DNA of 64,000 nucleotides from Octopus sinensis (GCF_006345805.1 NC_043017.1:8618001-8682000), one strand, 5' to 3'. Counted from the stretch's first letter, positions 24,290-37,888 are shown. Translations and numbers: made by a program. The notes: generated by a model not told the origin, from the letters alone.

Positions 24290-25214
24290 ATGGTTGCATG
24301 CTCTGTGAACACTGCAAAGGTTGTAAGACGTGACATGGACATCACGAAGACCAAGTTTTCCTCCAAACCGTGATGGCTTTTTTGGGTGTGCCTCCAGTGA
24401 GGGTGACATCATGCCTCCGCACATCTTTGAGCCTTACGCTCAATTCAGACGGCAATGTGAAAATGTTGAAGACTGTGGCTGGAGAGGATTGGTGCTGGAG
24501 AGCCATATGTGTGGAAGCAGGATTTGTCTCCTTGACTTACCTCTGGAAAGAGTCAGACGTGGTCATCAGTGAATTTCTACTTCATCAGCCCAACTTCTTG
24601 TCATCTAATTCACGCGGTTGTAATCCTATGGACAGTGGAGGTGCATGGTTTAGTGGTTAGGGGTGTTGGATTTATGATCGCAAGATTGTGGTTTCGATTC
24701 CTGGGCCGGGTGACACGTTATGTTCTTGAGCAAAACATTTCATTTCACGTTGCTGCAGTCCACCCAGCTGGCAAAAATAAATAATCCTACGACTGACCAG
24801 CGTACCGTCCTGGAGGGGCGGGGAAACCAGGAAACAATGGAAACCAGGAAATCGGTCCTTATGAGTCGACATGACTCGAGAAGGTAACTATACCGTTTCT
24901 TTTAATCTTAGGGCCTACTATGTGTGGGGACAGCATCGCTCTGCCTACAACACTAAGGCCGAGTTGGTGGTCAAAATGAAGGAGGTGTTTGAAGATCTTT
25001 TCCGGGACATAGTGAGGAACTCATGCGCCAGATTATGGAGCCGTGTTGAGGCCGTGGAGGAAGTCAGGAGCAATTAGTCTGAGTAAAATGTTATTTCCTA
25101 GCCATGACACAGTTGAATATTTTTTGGGTTTTTAAAAATGTTTTTATTTTGGGGTTGGTTATGGTGTTGCGTTTCCCTTCACTACAAACTGTCAAATTTA
25201 ATCCGAACACCCTG
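24290..25214 (+). mobile_element. Decayed maT (DD37D-type) Tc1/mariner transposon, interrupted by a SINE
   Basis: TKFP.TVM.FGC.SSEGDIMPPHIFE, YVWKQD, NSRGCNPMD|YYVWG, ARLWSRVEAV; ends in a TIR-like ccgaacaccctg plus TA at 25215-25216. Confidence 0.8.
24631..24890 (+). mobile_element. tRNA-derived SINE, family C
   Basis: gtggaggtgcatggtttagtggttagg...ggtttcgattcc...ttcttgagcaaaaca; related copies near 2500-2720, 35180-35470, 35671-35875, 42114-42290 and 46795-46915. Confidence 0.75.
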
Positions 25215-25232
25215 TACACACACACACAAACA

Positions 25233-25279
<47 letters not shown>

Positions 25280-25446
25280 TACAACACACACACTCTCTCT
25301 CAAACACACTCACTCTCACACATACACATACACACACACTCTCACACAAACAAGCATACACACACACACTCACTCTCACACATACACATACGCACAAAAA
25401 CACACTCTCACACATACACATGCACGCAAGCATATACACGCACTCA

Positions 25447-25484
<38 letters not shown>

Positions 25485-26184
25485 TACACACACACGTATA
25501 TATACCATCCGGCTGGGTGAAAAAAGCGATCAGGCAGAACGTAAAGTGCAATTCAAAATAAATTTCATAATATACACATGTGTGTGTATGTATGCGTGTG
25601 CATGTAAGTATGTATGTATGTATATACGCGCGCGCACACACGAATGCATTCACGCAGAGTACAATATAGGGTCTTTTACGTTCTTTATCTATGTCTCACT
25701 TCCCATCAACTTACCGACTTAAAAATCTAGGGTAAATAATGATACACGTATTTTTGTTGTAGACCGGCGCATACATACATACATACATACATACATACAT
25801 ACATACATACATACATACATACACACATACATACATACATACATACATACATACATACATACACACATACACACACACACATACATACATACACACATAC
25901 ACACATGCACACACACATACATACATACACACATACACACACACATACACACACATACATACATACATACATACATACATACACATATACATACATACAT
26001 ACATACACGCATACATACATATAGATGTACACACACACACACGTCCATATATATATACATACACACACACACACATACATACATACATATATATATATGT
26101 ATGTATGTATGTATGTAGTATGTATGTATGTATGTATGTATGTATGTATATGTATATATAAGCAATAATAAATCTCTGAGCGAG

Positions 26185-26222
<38 letters not shown>

Positions 26223-26786
26223 TATATGCAAATACACACACAAACACAGAGCCACCATTGTTTACGGCATCTTAAGTTAAAGATATGTGTGTGTATGTGT
26301 GTGTGTATGTGCACGTGTGTGTATGTGTCTGTGTGTTCGTACTTGTGTGTAAGCTGTCAAGCAGGTATTTCTCCATTAACGAGTTACGTGACACTACAAA
26401 CGAAATCAGAATGGTAACTCAAATGATTCATGCAGACGACAGCTTCAGGTACGTATGTATGTGTGTGTGTATGTATGTATGTATGTATGTATGTATGTAT
26501 GTATGTATGTATGTATGTATGTATGTATGTATGTACACACACATACAAATAAGAAGACAAATAGATAAAGAGAGGGGACAGCCATTTGAAGAACGGACGT
26601 TGGGGTCGAAGAAAGGTTTTGTCTCCCAATGGCAGTGTCGGCCATGCTGGAGCAGTTACAGTTTCCTTTTGCATTGTGTAGTTTAACAATGAAATGGTAA
26701 ACGCGTGAGAAATGGCTTTTCGGGACACAGAAGTAAGTGAATAGATATTAAAATTACAAATGTATGTGTGTATGTATGTGTGTGTA

Positions 26787-26827
<41 letters not shown>

Positions 26828-27128
26828 GTGTGATGAAAGTGCGAGTGTGTGCGTATGTGTGTATGAAGGGAGATTTATGGACGGACGAGAGTAAGGCATA
26901 CATATAGGTATACCTAACTCACACATACACACACACACACGCGCACAGACCTGCGTGCACCCACATACCCACTCATACACACACATACCTCCTTCTCTTG
27001 CACTTTCCTGTCTTTGAAAGAACTTTTTCTTCGCCCATTCCCTTCCGGTCATTCAATATGTGACCGCGTGTGAATCGTTGGCGATTTTCTTTCTCCGTCT
27101 TCCCTTCCTTGGACCTTTCCTTTTTCTA

Positions 27129-27165
27129 TGTTTCTGACGAAGAGCTCCGCACGAAACGTTAAATG
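27129..27165 (+). ncRNA. Minimal type I hammerhead-ribozyme-like motif (Penelope-type)
   Basis: UGUUU-CUGACGA-A-GAGC-UCC-GCAC-GAAA-CG-U-U-AAAUG: intact core, short stem II, self-complementary ACGU stem III, stem I UUU/AAA plus wobble pairs. Confidence 0.5.
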
Positions 27166-27249
27166 CTCCTTCTTTCTTTCCTTTCCTGAGCAGCCAATAA
27201 CGCTATACTTGTTCCACGTCCTCGCTTTGTTGTGTTTTCTCTTTGTGTT

Positions 27250-27450
27250 TTGAAAACCTTTTCAAGGATTTTCATGAAAATTTTGAAAAGCATTTGAAGA
27301 ATTTTCATGAAAATTTTGAAAACACTTCTCATGAATTTTCATGAAAATTTCGAAAAACTTTTCAAGGATTTTCATGAAAATTTTGAAAAACTTTTCAAGC
27401 ATTTTCATGAAAATTTTGATTAAACGTTTCATAGGATTTTCATGAAAATA
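27250..27450. repeat. Tandem array of six ~33-34-bp units, each with the palindrome ATTTTCATGAAAAT
   Basis: Central CATG at 27273, 27306, 27340, 27373, 27406 and 27441. Confidence 0.92.
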
Positions 27451-28156
27451 TAGGCACTTATGGGCCTATATAGCAGTGGTCGCAGTGGTGGTTGTAGTGG
27501 TAGTGGTGGTGGTGGTTGTAGTGGTGGTGGTGGTGGTTGTAGTGGTGGTGGTTGTTGTGTCGGTGGTGGTGGTGGTGGTGGTTGTAGGGGTCGTAGTGGT
27601 GATGGTTGTAGTGGTGGTGGTGGTGGTGGTGGTGTTGTTGTGGAGGTGGTGGTGGTGGTGGTGGTGTTAGTAGTAGTAGTAGTAGTAGTTGTAAATTTTA
27701 TCGGCGTGGGTGTTTCAGATATAGTTTAAGAATTGGTCACGGTGGGGATGACGGAGATAAGGCACGACGCGAGGATGGAGAAATTGGTGAAGGGAGAGAG
27801 GAGAGGGGGTAGGTGGAGAGGATGAGAAGAGAAAAGGGGGGAGAGGACGGAAAGAAGAAGTAGAGAGTCGTGAGAGGGACAGAAGATATGAGGTAGGATG
27901 AGGCGATGTCGGAGATGGAAGCGACGAAGGGGTGAGTGAAACGGGGGGTGGGGCGGTGGTGAGGTATGGTAGGGTAGGTGGGGTGAGATATCGAATTCCC
28001 TTTGAACATTTTCATTTTTCTGCCTTTATTTTCTTTTTGCAAAATCTTTGCTCTTTTCATGAAAAGTGATGAGAGGCTAAACTTAACGCCACAACGATTA
28101 TCATAATCCTACCCATTCTCTTTATCATCGCCATCATCATCGCCATTATCATCAAC

Positions 28157-28194
<38 letters not shown>

Positions 28195-28268
28195 TGTAGT
28201 AGTAGTAGTCGTAGTGGTGGTGGTGGTGGTGGTGGTGGTGGTGGTGGTGGTGGTGGTAGTGGTGGTGG

Positions 28269-28301
<33 letters not shown>

Positions 28302-29222
28302 CAGCAGCAGTCATTGTCGCCACGGCCGCCATCATCATCATCATCATAATCATCATCATCATCATCATAATCATCATCATCATCATCATCATCATCAACG
28401 AAATGGCAAACTCATTAGAGCATAGGAAAAATGCTTTGGAGTATTTCTCCTGGATCGTTATGTTTTGAGTTCAGATTTCGTTGAGGTCGACTTTACCTGC
28501 CATCATTTCGGGATCGATAAAATACAAGGTGTTCGATCTAAACTCAACGTCCCACCCAGTGAATTTAGCGAACAACAGTAGGTTCGTGCCTTTCTGCCCA
28601 GGGTGATCTTGGGCCTTTGGAGTTCTTTGAATGACCCTAGCTGAAGCCTCTCCCGTACCAGGAGGACCGCGGCACTCATGTTTGCACATATTTTGTATAC
28701 AATCTTTCATCTTGGTTAGTCTTTGGACTGCGACCAAGCTGGGGCACTGCCTTCGAGCGTTTAGTCGAACAAATCAGCCCCAAGGACTTGCGTTCTTTTT
28801 TCTTAATTCTTCCACTTATTCTTGTCGGTCTTTTAGCCGAACTGCTAAGTTACAGGGACGTAAACAAACCAGCACCGGTTGTCAAGCGTTGGGGGTGGAA
28901 AACACAAATGTACACACGTATAATCCACATTATATACATACTAAATGTATATATTATATATGCATATATACTATATATACATATATCGGTTAGGCACGAA
29001 GTTGTGATTGACCCACTGGCCGAAAACTGATGTGGAATTGGCGACCTTCTGTGTCTGTTTCCCGTTTGTTTATACCTTTATTATATGTTTTTAACTCAAT
29101 ATTTAATGCAACGTTACGTACAGCAAAAATTTACACATATACACATGCATACATACATGTGTGCGTGTTTGAAAATCACTATTTGTAAATCTCATAACGA
29201 GAGATATTCAGCAACAGTACTT

Positions 29223-29470
29223 TGGAGTAAAGATTGTTTGCCAACATAACATGGCAGTCCTGGTTTAGGACGAATGTTGCTGTAATTTACCCTAGGAGAC
29301 GTTGTCTCTAGCTGGTCTGTGTCCTTATATATATTCCCTTGTTCAAAAATATAAGGACACAGATCGTGTTGTATAGCCAGCTGGAGACAATGTCTCCTGG
29401 GGCTAAATTACAGCAACATTCGTCCTAAACCAGAACTGCCATGTTATGTTGGCAAACAATCTTTACTCCA
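29223..29470. mobile_element. Foldback MITE with ~90-bp TIRs and an inner hairpin
   Basis: tggagtaaagattgtttgccaacataacatggcag... mirrored at the right end; inner tctgtgtccttatat / atataaggacacaga. Confidence 0.85.
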
Positions 29471-30289
29471 TGTGTGTGTGTGTTTGACATTATTCAATAT
29501 GTCCTTTATCAAAGATTGCAAGGTGTTCTTTGACGGATATTTAGCTGCTATGTATAAGCAGGTCGATCAACCTTGCAAAGCCACCCCCAGATTAGAACCA
29601 CTAACCCCTCAGTTAACAGCCTATGCCCTAGCTGTCTACGCCATCGAGACGGCTGTTCGGTTTGCCCTACTTTAGCCCTAAGTTGGTTCTGACTGAACAG
29701 CTTCATGCTTAAAGACATTCCATCCCTGGCCAAATAGTCTTGTCTGTTTTATCATGGTGCAGCCCGTAGGGTGTGATTTGAGGGACATTTAACTGGTATT
29801 TCTACAGGTTGGACGACCACTGAGAGACACCCCGCCTCACGCCCTAGTTTGCTGTTTCCGCTTCTACGGTTATAGTAATTACTGTTTGATATCAAAGAAT
29901 AATTAAATAGTCATTGAAATCGAGGGAGAGAATAGGGAGACGGGAAAGAGGTGGGGAAAGGAGCAGGGAGGGAGATATAGAAAAGAGAAATGCGGGGAAG
30001 AGAGAGAGGAGATAAATGGAGAAAGAGAGAGAGAGGAAATGAGAAAGGTGAGGAAACTGAGAGAGAGAGAGAAAGATGAAAGGAAAAGAAAAAGGGAAGA
30101 TGAAAGGAAGGGAGAGAGAGCGGCAGTAAAAGGGAAATAAACAGAGAGAAAGAGAGACAAACGATTAGATTTCGCTTAAAGGATCAGAGGAACAACAAAC
30201 AGACGATAAAATAGAGTAAATTTGGTGAGGGACAAAACGAAGGAAAGGACGGAGTGGGAGCCTGAGTAAGAGATGATGAAATGCGCGAA

Positions 30290-30391
30290 CACGAGAGAGA
30301 GAGAGACAGAGAGATGGATAGATAGAGAGAGAGAGAGAGAGAGAGATAGACAGATAGATAGACAGATAGATAGATAGATAGATAGATAGAC

Positions 30392-30448
<57 letters not shown>

Positions 30449-30593
30449 GATAGATAGATAGATAGATAGATAGACAGATAGATAGATAAATAGATAGATA
30501 GATAGAGATAGATAGATAGATAGACAGATAGATAGATAGATAGATAGAGATAGATAGACAGATAGATAGACAGATAGATAGATAGATAGATAG

Positions 30594-30668
<75 letters not shown>

Positions 30669-30682
30669 GATAGATAGATAGG

Positions 30683-30716
<34 letters not shown>

Positions 30717-30803
30717 TAGACAGATAGATAGATAGATAGAGAAAGATAGATAGATAGAGAGAGAGAGAGAGACAGACAGACAGATAGATAGATAGATAGA
30801 TAG

Positions 30804-30862
<59 letters not shown>

Positions 30863-30893
30863 CAGATAGATAGACAGATAGATAGATAGATAG

Positions 30894-30954
<61 letters not shown>

Positions 30955-30955
30955 C

Positions 30956-31018
<63 letters not shown>

Positions 31019-31019
31019 G

Positions 31020-31059
<40 letters not shown>

Positions 31060-31074
31060 AGATAGATGATAGAT

Positions 31075-31112
<38 letters not shown>

Positions 31113-31117
31113 TAGAC

Positions 31118-31160
<43 letters not shown>

Positions 31161-31230
31161 GAGAAGAGAGAGATAGATGATAGATAGATAGAGAGAGAGA
31201 GAGAGAGAAAGAGAGATGAGAGAGAGAAAA
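30290..31230. repeat. Long compound (GATA)n/(GA)n microsatellite
   Basis: Directly visible; explains the S/I/Y/L-only ORFs at 30165-31414. Confidence 0.97.
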
Positions 31231-31326
31231 GATAAAAGCATACACTGTGAACTTGCACTGGCCAGGAGTGTGTGTTTGTGTGTGTGTGCGTGTCTGTGTG
31301 TGTGTGTGTGTGGTGTGTGTGTGTGT

Positions 31327-31369
<43 letters not shown>

Positions 31370-32379
31370 TGTGCGTCTGTGTGTGTGTGTCAGTGCTTGT
31401 GCGTGTCTATGCATGAACGTCTATAAAAAATGTGTGTGTGTATGTGTGTGTCTGTAAACAGGCCCGAATATATCTGATAGAAAAGATGGAATCGCAGGTG
31501 AATAGAAGAATAGTTTGAGAATCAATTGAAACAAACAATATACACATACATGCATGTGTGTGTGTGTGTGGTGGTTGTCTACTCCTTATGCAGATTCTGA
31601 CCACCCCTTGTACCTACACCTTAGATCCGTTGTAGCGTCCCTTGTGGCTTCTTAAACCAGACAAAGTTTTGAAAAGACACTCATATAGATTGCATATCTG
31701 ATTTGGATCTTAAAATGTTTTTTCGAAGCCTCTGTTGGAATAACCTTATGGCATACATAGCATTGAAATGTGTGCACAGTTCGTAAAAAAATTTTTTATC
31801 TCGTTTGGCTTAACAGCCCTTCTTGTTTGTGTTACTGTTATTCTCCGTGTCCTGTCTTTTACTGTTTATATTTTGTACTGTCGTTACTGTCCTGTTTTTG
31901 TTACCATTTTTACCCCTCCGCAAAAAAATCTCAAATTTTATTTAATTTGATTTTCGCGGGAAGGAAATTTTCATTGAAGTCATGTATCGCCTTGACCTTC
32001 GAAACGTGGAGTAGATGAATCTAAGGCGACTGAAGAAGGGGAATTTTCCTTGTTTTGTATGTCCTGTACTCTATTTTTTCGTTGTTTAAAAAAATGTCCA
32101 TTTCCTTGGTTTTGTGTTTATGTTTTCGTTTCTCATTGTGTTCGACGTTTTTTTGGAGTCCTGTACCCATATATGCTTGTATATATACATGTAGAGGTAG
32201 GTACGTACATATATGTATGTATATATGCATATGTTTTATTTATTTATTAATTTATTATAGGTAGAATAATTGGTGGAGGTTCGTTTTTTATGGGTCCTCA
32301 AAAGAAATTTGAATCCAGTAAAAGAAAGGCTTGGTCTGTCACAAACTGTGCTACACAAAAAAGTCAATGAGATTCACCT

Positions 32380-33160
32380 CTCGATCGCAACATTCTTCTT
32401 TAGTCTTCTTGAGTCTTGCATGTGTCATCCTAGTCTCCTCAAACGCTTTCACTCCACTCCACACTTTTGTTCGCCATCAAGCTCACTCTGAAGCAAAGGT
32501 TTCTATGGCCTTTGGATCCATTCCAAGTAACTTCATGGTAGTTCTTCTGCCGTCCTTAAACCTTTTTTTTTTTAGCTTTACACCGATTGCGTTTCCCTTC
32601 TGCAAGCTCGCCATAAAACAGCTGTTTGGGTGTGCGTTCATCCACCATTCGAACAATATGGCCAGACCATCTCATTTGGTTTTTCAGAATCGTTGATTTA
32701 ATTGAAGTGATGCCTGCAGACGCAAAGACATCTGTGTCTGGAGTAAAAAAAAAAAAAAATTTTTTAAAGCCCCATTTAATGTTTAAAATGCGACGAAAGC
32801 ATTTTTGGAGGAATCGTTCTAACAATTTGAAATGTTTTTCATAATACGTCCATGTTCCAGAAGTATACAACAGTGAAGATAAGACAAACGATTTGTAAAG
32901 AACCAATTTAGTATTGTTATTTATATGTCGTTGGCACCAAACGCTTGATTCCAAACCACCAAAAGCTTGTGTTGCCCTTTGAATTTGCAGATGTATTTCT
33001 GTGTCCAAATTTCCATCATTTTGTACAGATCTTTCAAGGTAATAATTGGAGCATTAGGTTTTGTTAGTACATGCTTAAAGGAGAATCTGGTTAAACTGGG
33101 TCTTTCAGAAATCTGTGAGTGGAACAGTAAAAATATGCAAGACTTTTCTCAAGTTCCAAA
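32380..33160 (-). mobile_element. RTE-clade LINE, RT C-terminal fragment
   Basis: DGNLDTEIHLQIQRATQAFGGL..VW....NNTKLVLYKSFVLSSLLY.S.TWT...LERF.QKCFRRILNIKW...RWSGHIVRM.DERTPKQLFYGEL.EGKR. Confidence 0.9.
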
Positions 33161-33338
33161 TGTAAATTTGTCTGTGTTAACTACATCCCAAAGATGGAAC
33201 CTTGTATCTTTGTTGGAAACTGGCTCCCTCCTCAGTGGAAGATTTATAATAATAATAAAAAAATAGAAGAGAAATACATACATACATACATAAATACATA
33301 CATACATACATACATACATACATACATACATACATACA

Positions 33339-33370
<32 letters not shown>

Positions 33371-33969
33371 CAGAAATATGGTAAATGAAAGACGGAAGGT
33401 AGGATATACAAGAATTTTTATTAATCACGATAATTGTTCCGACACATCAAGCATCGATCCTTCACGGGTGGGACACTTAACAACTGGTTCAGAAGCATCC
33501 GGTGGTGCAGATGTGTCTTATCGGGTGATAAATAGATACAACTCGTTAAAACAACAGTTCTGCATTGTATCTTCTCATTTCGTAGAAAGCAAAGCAGAAA
33601 AGGAAGGAAATATCTTCATTTACATAAAGAAGATCAAAAATGAAATCACAAATACAAAAAAGGAACGAACAGATATATACAAACAGCGTAGACTACTTTA
33701 TACGTATTACTAGGGTTTATCTATTAGTTCAAAGCTGTTGATTCGCACCAAGAGCTATTACGGAATTTCTTGCCTATTATAGAATGGTTAACTTTTTGTT
33801 GTTGAGCCAGCGGACAAAATCTTGCCTTCTTAAAAAAAAAAAAAAGCAAGCGTGAAGAGTCGATAATGTTCGTTTTGGTTCCCCATTTTCAGGGTGAATC
33901 GAAGCACACAAAATACAACCTATCTCGTCGCAAGTTCGCATTGAATTACGTTGAAGTGTCAATTATCTA

Positions 33970-34270
33970 ATGAGGGCGCATGCGCAAAGGACGCACTGAA
34001 GTTAGCTACTTGAAGTTTAGTGGTTAATAAAAATAGAACCGACTATCTGTGTGCATCTTTTTGTCTGTGTTTGTTCCTTACCCAGCGCTTTACAACAGAT
34101 GTTGGTGTGTTTTATGTCCACATAACTTAGCGCTTCGACAAAAGGAATTGATCGAATAAGAAAAAAACATAAATGCTAGTAATGATTTGTTCGACTTAAG
34201 GTGGTGCCAGAGCATGGCTGCGGTTAAATGACTGAAACTAATGAAACAAGTAAAAAACAAAAGATTAAAG

Positions 34271-34350
<80 letters not shown>

Positions 34351-34670
34351 GTATGCACACGCACACATGAATAGATATAAGAAGAGAGGGGAAAAGGAGT
34401 GTGAAGGAGAAGCGAAGAAAAAGGACATTTATACTTCTTAAATACTAAACCAGTTACCAATCACGAATAAAACGCCGTAAACTCTCTAAAATATGGCGAC
34501 GGCACTCCCTCCTCCCTTCCCTCGCCCGCTCGCTCACTCACTCACTCACTCGCTCGCACGATTGTTCTTTCACTCAGTCCTCAACAACGCACGGTTGTTG
34601 TCGTCTGCTTTGCAAAGATTGCTAAATATGGCAGATAAATTATTTGAAGTTAATATGTTGTAATTAAATT
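33970..34670. promoter_or_regulatory. Possible promoter region (NRF1-like, CCAAT, YY1-like motifs)
   Basis: gcgcatgcgc 33976-33985, CCAAT 34457-34461, aaatATGGCg 34489-34498 and aaatATGGCa 34624-34633 in CpG-richer unique sequence; no associated gene identified. Confidence 0.3.
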
Positions 34671-35670
34671 TAATGAATTTAAATCACTAAAATAGTTTCA
34701 GCTTTGAAGACGTTTTAATTCTATGTCATTTTATTTATATTTTGTTGGGATAATTAGGAAAGAACAACAAAAACAAACAAAAAAATGGAATCAAGAGAAT
34801 TGTTTATTTGCTTTTTTTTTATATAGTTTATTTTTTCTTTTCATGTCTAAACTATTTTAAGGTGGAATCTGTTTTGATTATCAAATCTAATTGTTGTTTG
34901 TCGACAGATATTTCTTTTGCCCTCCTTCTTTCCTTCTTTTCTTTTTCTGCAAAATTTTCCTTTGAAACTGTAATTATTCGGGGCTATAAGGCAACGCAAT
35001 CTGCATACGATTGATTTCATGAACCCAACGATGGAGCCTCTACATAAATGCTCGGCCAGCTAAAAATAGCAGCCAAATAGCCCTCAAATCACGCCATGTC
35101 GTCATCTTAAAAACCAAATAAAAAGGGTGCATTCGACAATCTAGTCCAAGGAGTACTCCGTCGGTTACAACGATGAGGATCTCAGTTGATACGATCAACG
35201 GAACAGCTTGCTCGTGAAATTAACGTGCAAGTGGCTGAGCACTCCACAGTTACGTGTACCCTTAACGTAGTTCTCAGGGAGATTCAGCGTGACACAGAGT
35301 GTGACAAGGCTGGCCCTTTGAATTACAGGTACAACTCATTTTTACCAGCTCAGTGGACTGGAACAACATGAAATAAAGTGTCTTGCTCAAGGACACAACG
35401 CGTCGCTGGGAATTGAACTCACAACCTTACGATCGTGAGCCGAATGCCCTAACCACTAAGCCACGCGCCTCACAATCTAGTTCAAAACATACGAGAAGAT
35501 ACGCGATGGCCACGACTGGCATGCCTGTCATCATTGATCTGCTGGATCTGAGCAAACTCGGCGCTGAAGAACGACAACCAAAGCAGCACTAACACAGATA
35601 ACCATGCCAACAATAAAAATAAGATAACAACATCAACAAAAGCATGTACACAGTAACAGTAACAGCAGCA

Positions 35671-35875
35671 GTGGAGGCGCAATGGCCCAGTGTTTAGGGC
35701 AGCGGACTCGCGGTCGGAGGATCGCGGTTTCGATTCCCAGACCGGGTGTTGTGTGTGTTGTTGAGCGAAAACACCTAAAGCTCCACGAGACTCCGGCAGG
35801 GGGTGGTGGCGACCCCTGTTGTACTCTTTCGCCCCAACTTTCTCTCACTCTTTCTTCCTGTTTCTTGTCCCCGAC
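35671..35875 (+). mobile_element. tRNA-derived SINE, family C variant
   Basis: gtggaggcgcaatggcccagtgtttagggcagcggactcgcggtcgg...ggtttcgattccc with A/B-box-like motifs. Confidence 0.8.
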
Positions 35876-36084
35876 TTCCTACGCAACCGCTGAGCCTGAA
35901 TGCTCTCGGTGTCGGGGGTTGACTTGCTTTCTCTTCTGCGGGTCTTACGAATAGCAAAGAACCACGTTTCGGACTTCTCCCATCTTGCGAGCTCTGGGAC
36001 GAAGACCGTTCGCTCAACAGCAACAGCAGCAGCAACAATGACATTAGCATCGACAATAACGACAGCAGCAACAACAACAACAGT

Positions 36085-36450
36085 CAACACCCTCACCAGA
36101 CCCAACCATTGTATCTTTCACTTTAAGGATTCTTTCCGATGCACATCTGCCCACCTCGTATACCTACTACAATGTTCACATTGCAATTTGATCTACATCG
36201 GGTAAGCTTCCCTCCGACTATCCGATAGGTTCACTCAGCATGTCAATGAATCTAACTTGGCAACAAGTCAATTGTCTCCCGACATTTCTGCTCCGTTGAC
36301 CACTCCAATCAACACTTATCGTTCTTAAGATTAGCTTTCAATGCCAAACTCACCACCACCACTACCACTCGCTTCCAAAAGAAATATATCTCATTTTCTT
36401 TCTCAAAACTTACACATATTTTGGCCTAAATTCACTTCTTCATTTACATA
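36085..36450 (+). mobile_element. Penelope-like element, decayed GIY-YIG endonuclease domain
   Basis: FRCTSAHLVYLLQCSHCNLIYIG*ASLRLSDRFTQH, then after a frameshift SIVSRHFCSVDHS and KEIYLIFFLKTYTYFGLN. Confidence 0.8.
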
Positions 36451-37651
36451 ACCTACGCTTCATTTATATAACCTACGCTTCGCCCTCCAACTGTTTCTCA
36501 GTTATACACATCCTCTCTCAACTCCTTTTTCTTCACCACACCACCATGTTCACCCAACTCAACCACACCCAGTCCTTCTTTAGCCACATTTTACCCCTTT
36601 TCCCATACTTACTTACTTTCCATACATATCCACTCACAACTTCCTCATATACACACCTCACTTCGGCCACCCCTACATTTACATTCTTCATTTAAACACG
36701 CTGATACACACACACATCTATCTTCCATCCATTTTGTCGCTTTGACACACACATATATACACATCGGCACGCGACACACACATACCCATACCTATTTTTT
36801 TATATAGTCACACACACACTGAGAAGCACGCACACTCACTGGCACTCTCATATGTATTTTTCTATACTTCGACACTCCTTGTTTTGATTGGTACCTTTGT
36901 ATTACCAATTTCTTTTTCCTCAGTGACCGAGCCTTGGCAACATGTGGAGTTATGTCCAATAATTGTTGCTTCTTGTAGAACGGACCTGGCTATCAACTGA
37001 ATACATCATGAAGGTCACTCTATCACCCTTTATTAATAAGGCTGGTCAAATATTGTAAATCAGGAAAATTCGTTTATTAAAAAATACAAACGACGGCTGA
37101 ACAGGCTATAAAAACATTTTAAATATAAAATACACCATTTAGTATGAATGTTATACGACACATCCACTGGACAAAAGCTTTGGTGCGACCTTCTTGCGCG
37201 GTTGTCACATGGCTTTAACACATGAACTTAGAAGAAAACTGACCGAAAATTTCCTCACCTCGTCATGTCATTATCCTCAACCAATCAATCTATATGTTAA
37301 CTGATAGTGTGCTGATCTACCTTCTTTCTATAATAAGAAACGATTTTTAAAACAGCGAGAAAAGACAATTTGTGACACAGCTCCACATACCATACCCTTT
37401 TGAAAATCAAATGTGACACAGAGTAAGTGTGTCTGTACGTGTGTGTGTGTGTGTTTTACATTTTTAAAAATTTTCATGTTCTCTGCATATTTTCAACTTC
37501 ATTTATTTCATCTGTATGACTACTTGTTTGTATTAGTAACGATATATATATAGTTGTTGATTTTGTTATTACTACTATTATTTTTGTTGTTGGTTTTGTC
37601 GTCTTCGTTGTTTCTCCTGATTTTTTTTGTTTTTTTGATGGTTGTAAAAGT

Positions 37652-37723
<72 letters not shown>

Positions 37724-37888
37724 TAGCGATGTATGTGTGTGTATGTTTGTGTGTGTATTCTATTACAGTTTCAGTCATCAGACTGCGACCATGCTGGAGT
37801 GTTGCGTTCAGGGTTTTATTTAATCGATAAAATCGTCCCCAGTTCAGAATGGTACTTATTCGGGTATTCATATGTGTGCGTGTGTGTT

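Noticed and set aside
27250-27450. Palindromic repeats with regular spacing resembling a CRISPR array
   Set aside because: The linkers are variants of one another rather than unique spacers, and the context is eukaryotic.
30165-31414. ORFs of 350-410 aa
   Set aside because: Read-through of (GATA)n/(GA)n; the same applies to the many C/V/M/Y- and H/T-rich ORFs across the window.
32020-32060. CUGAAGA followed by a stem (hammerhead candidate)
   Set aside because: No GAAA follows the stem, so the core is incomplete.
33378-33713. 111-aa non-repetitive ORF
   Set aside because: No recognisable domain or convincing splice context.
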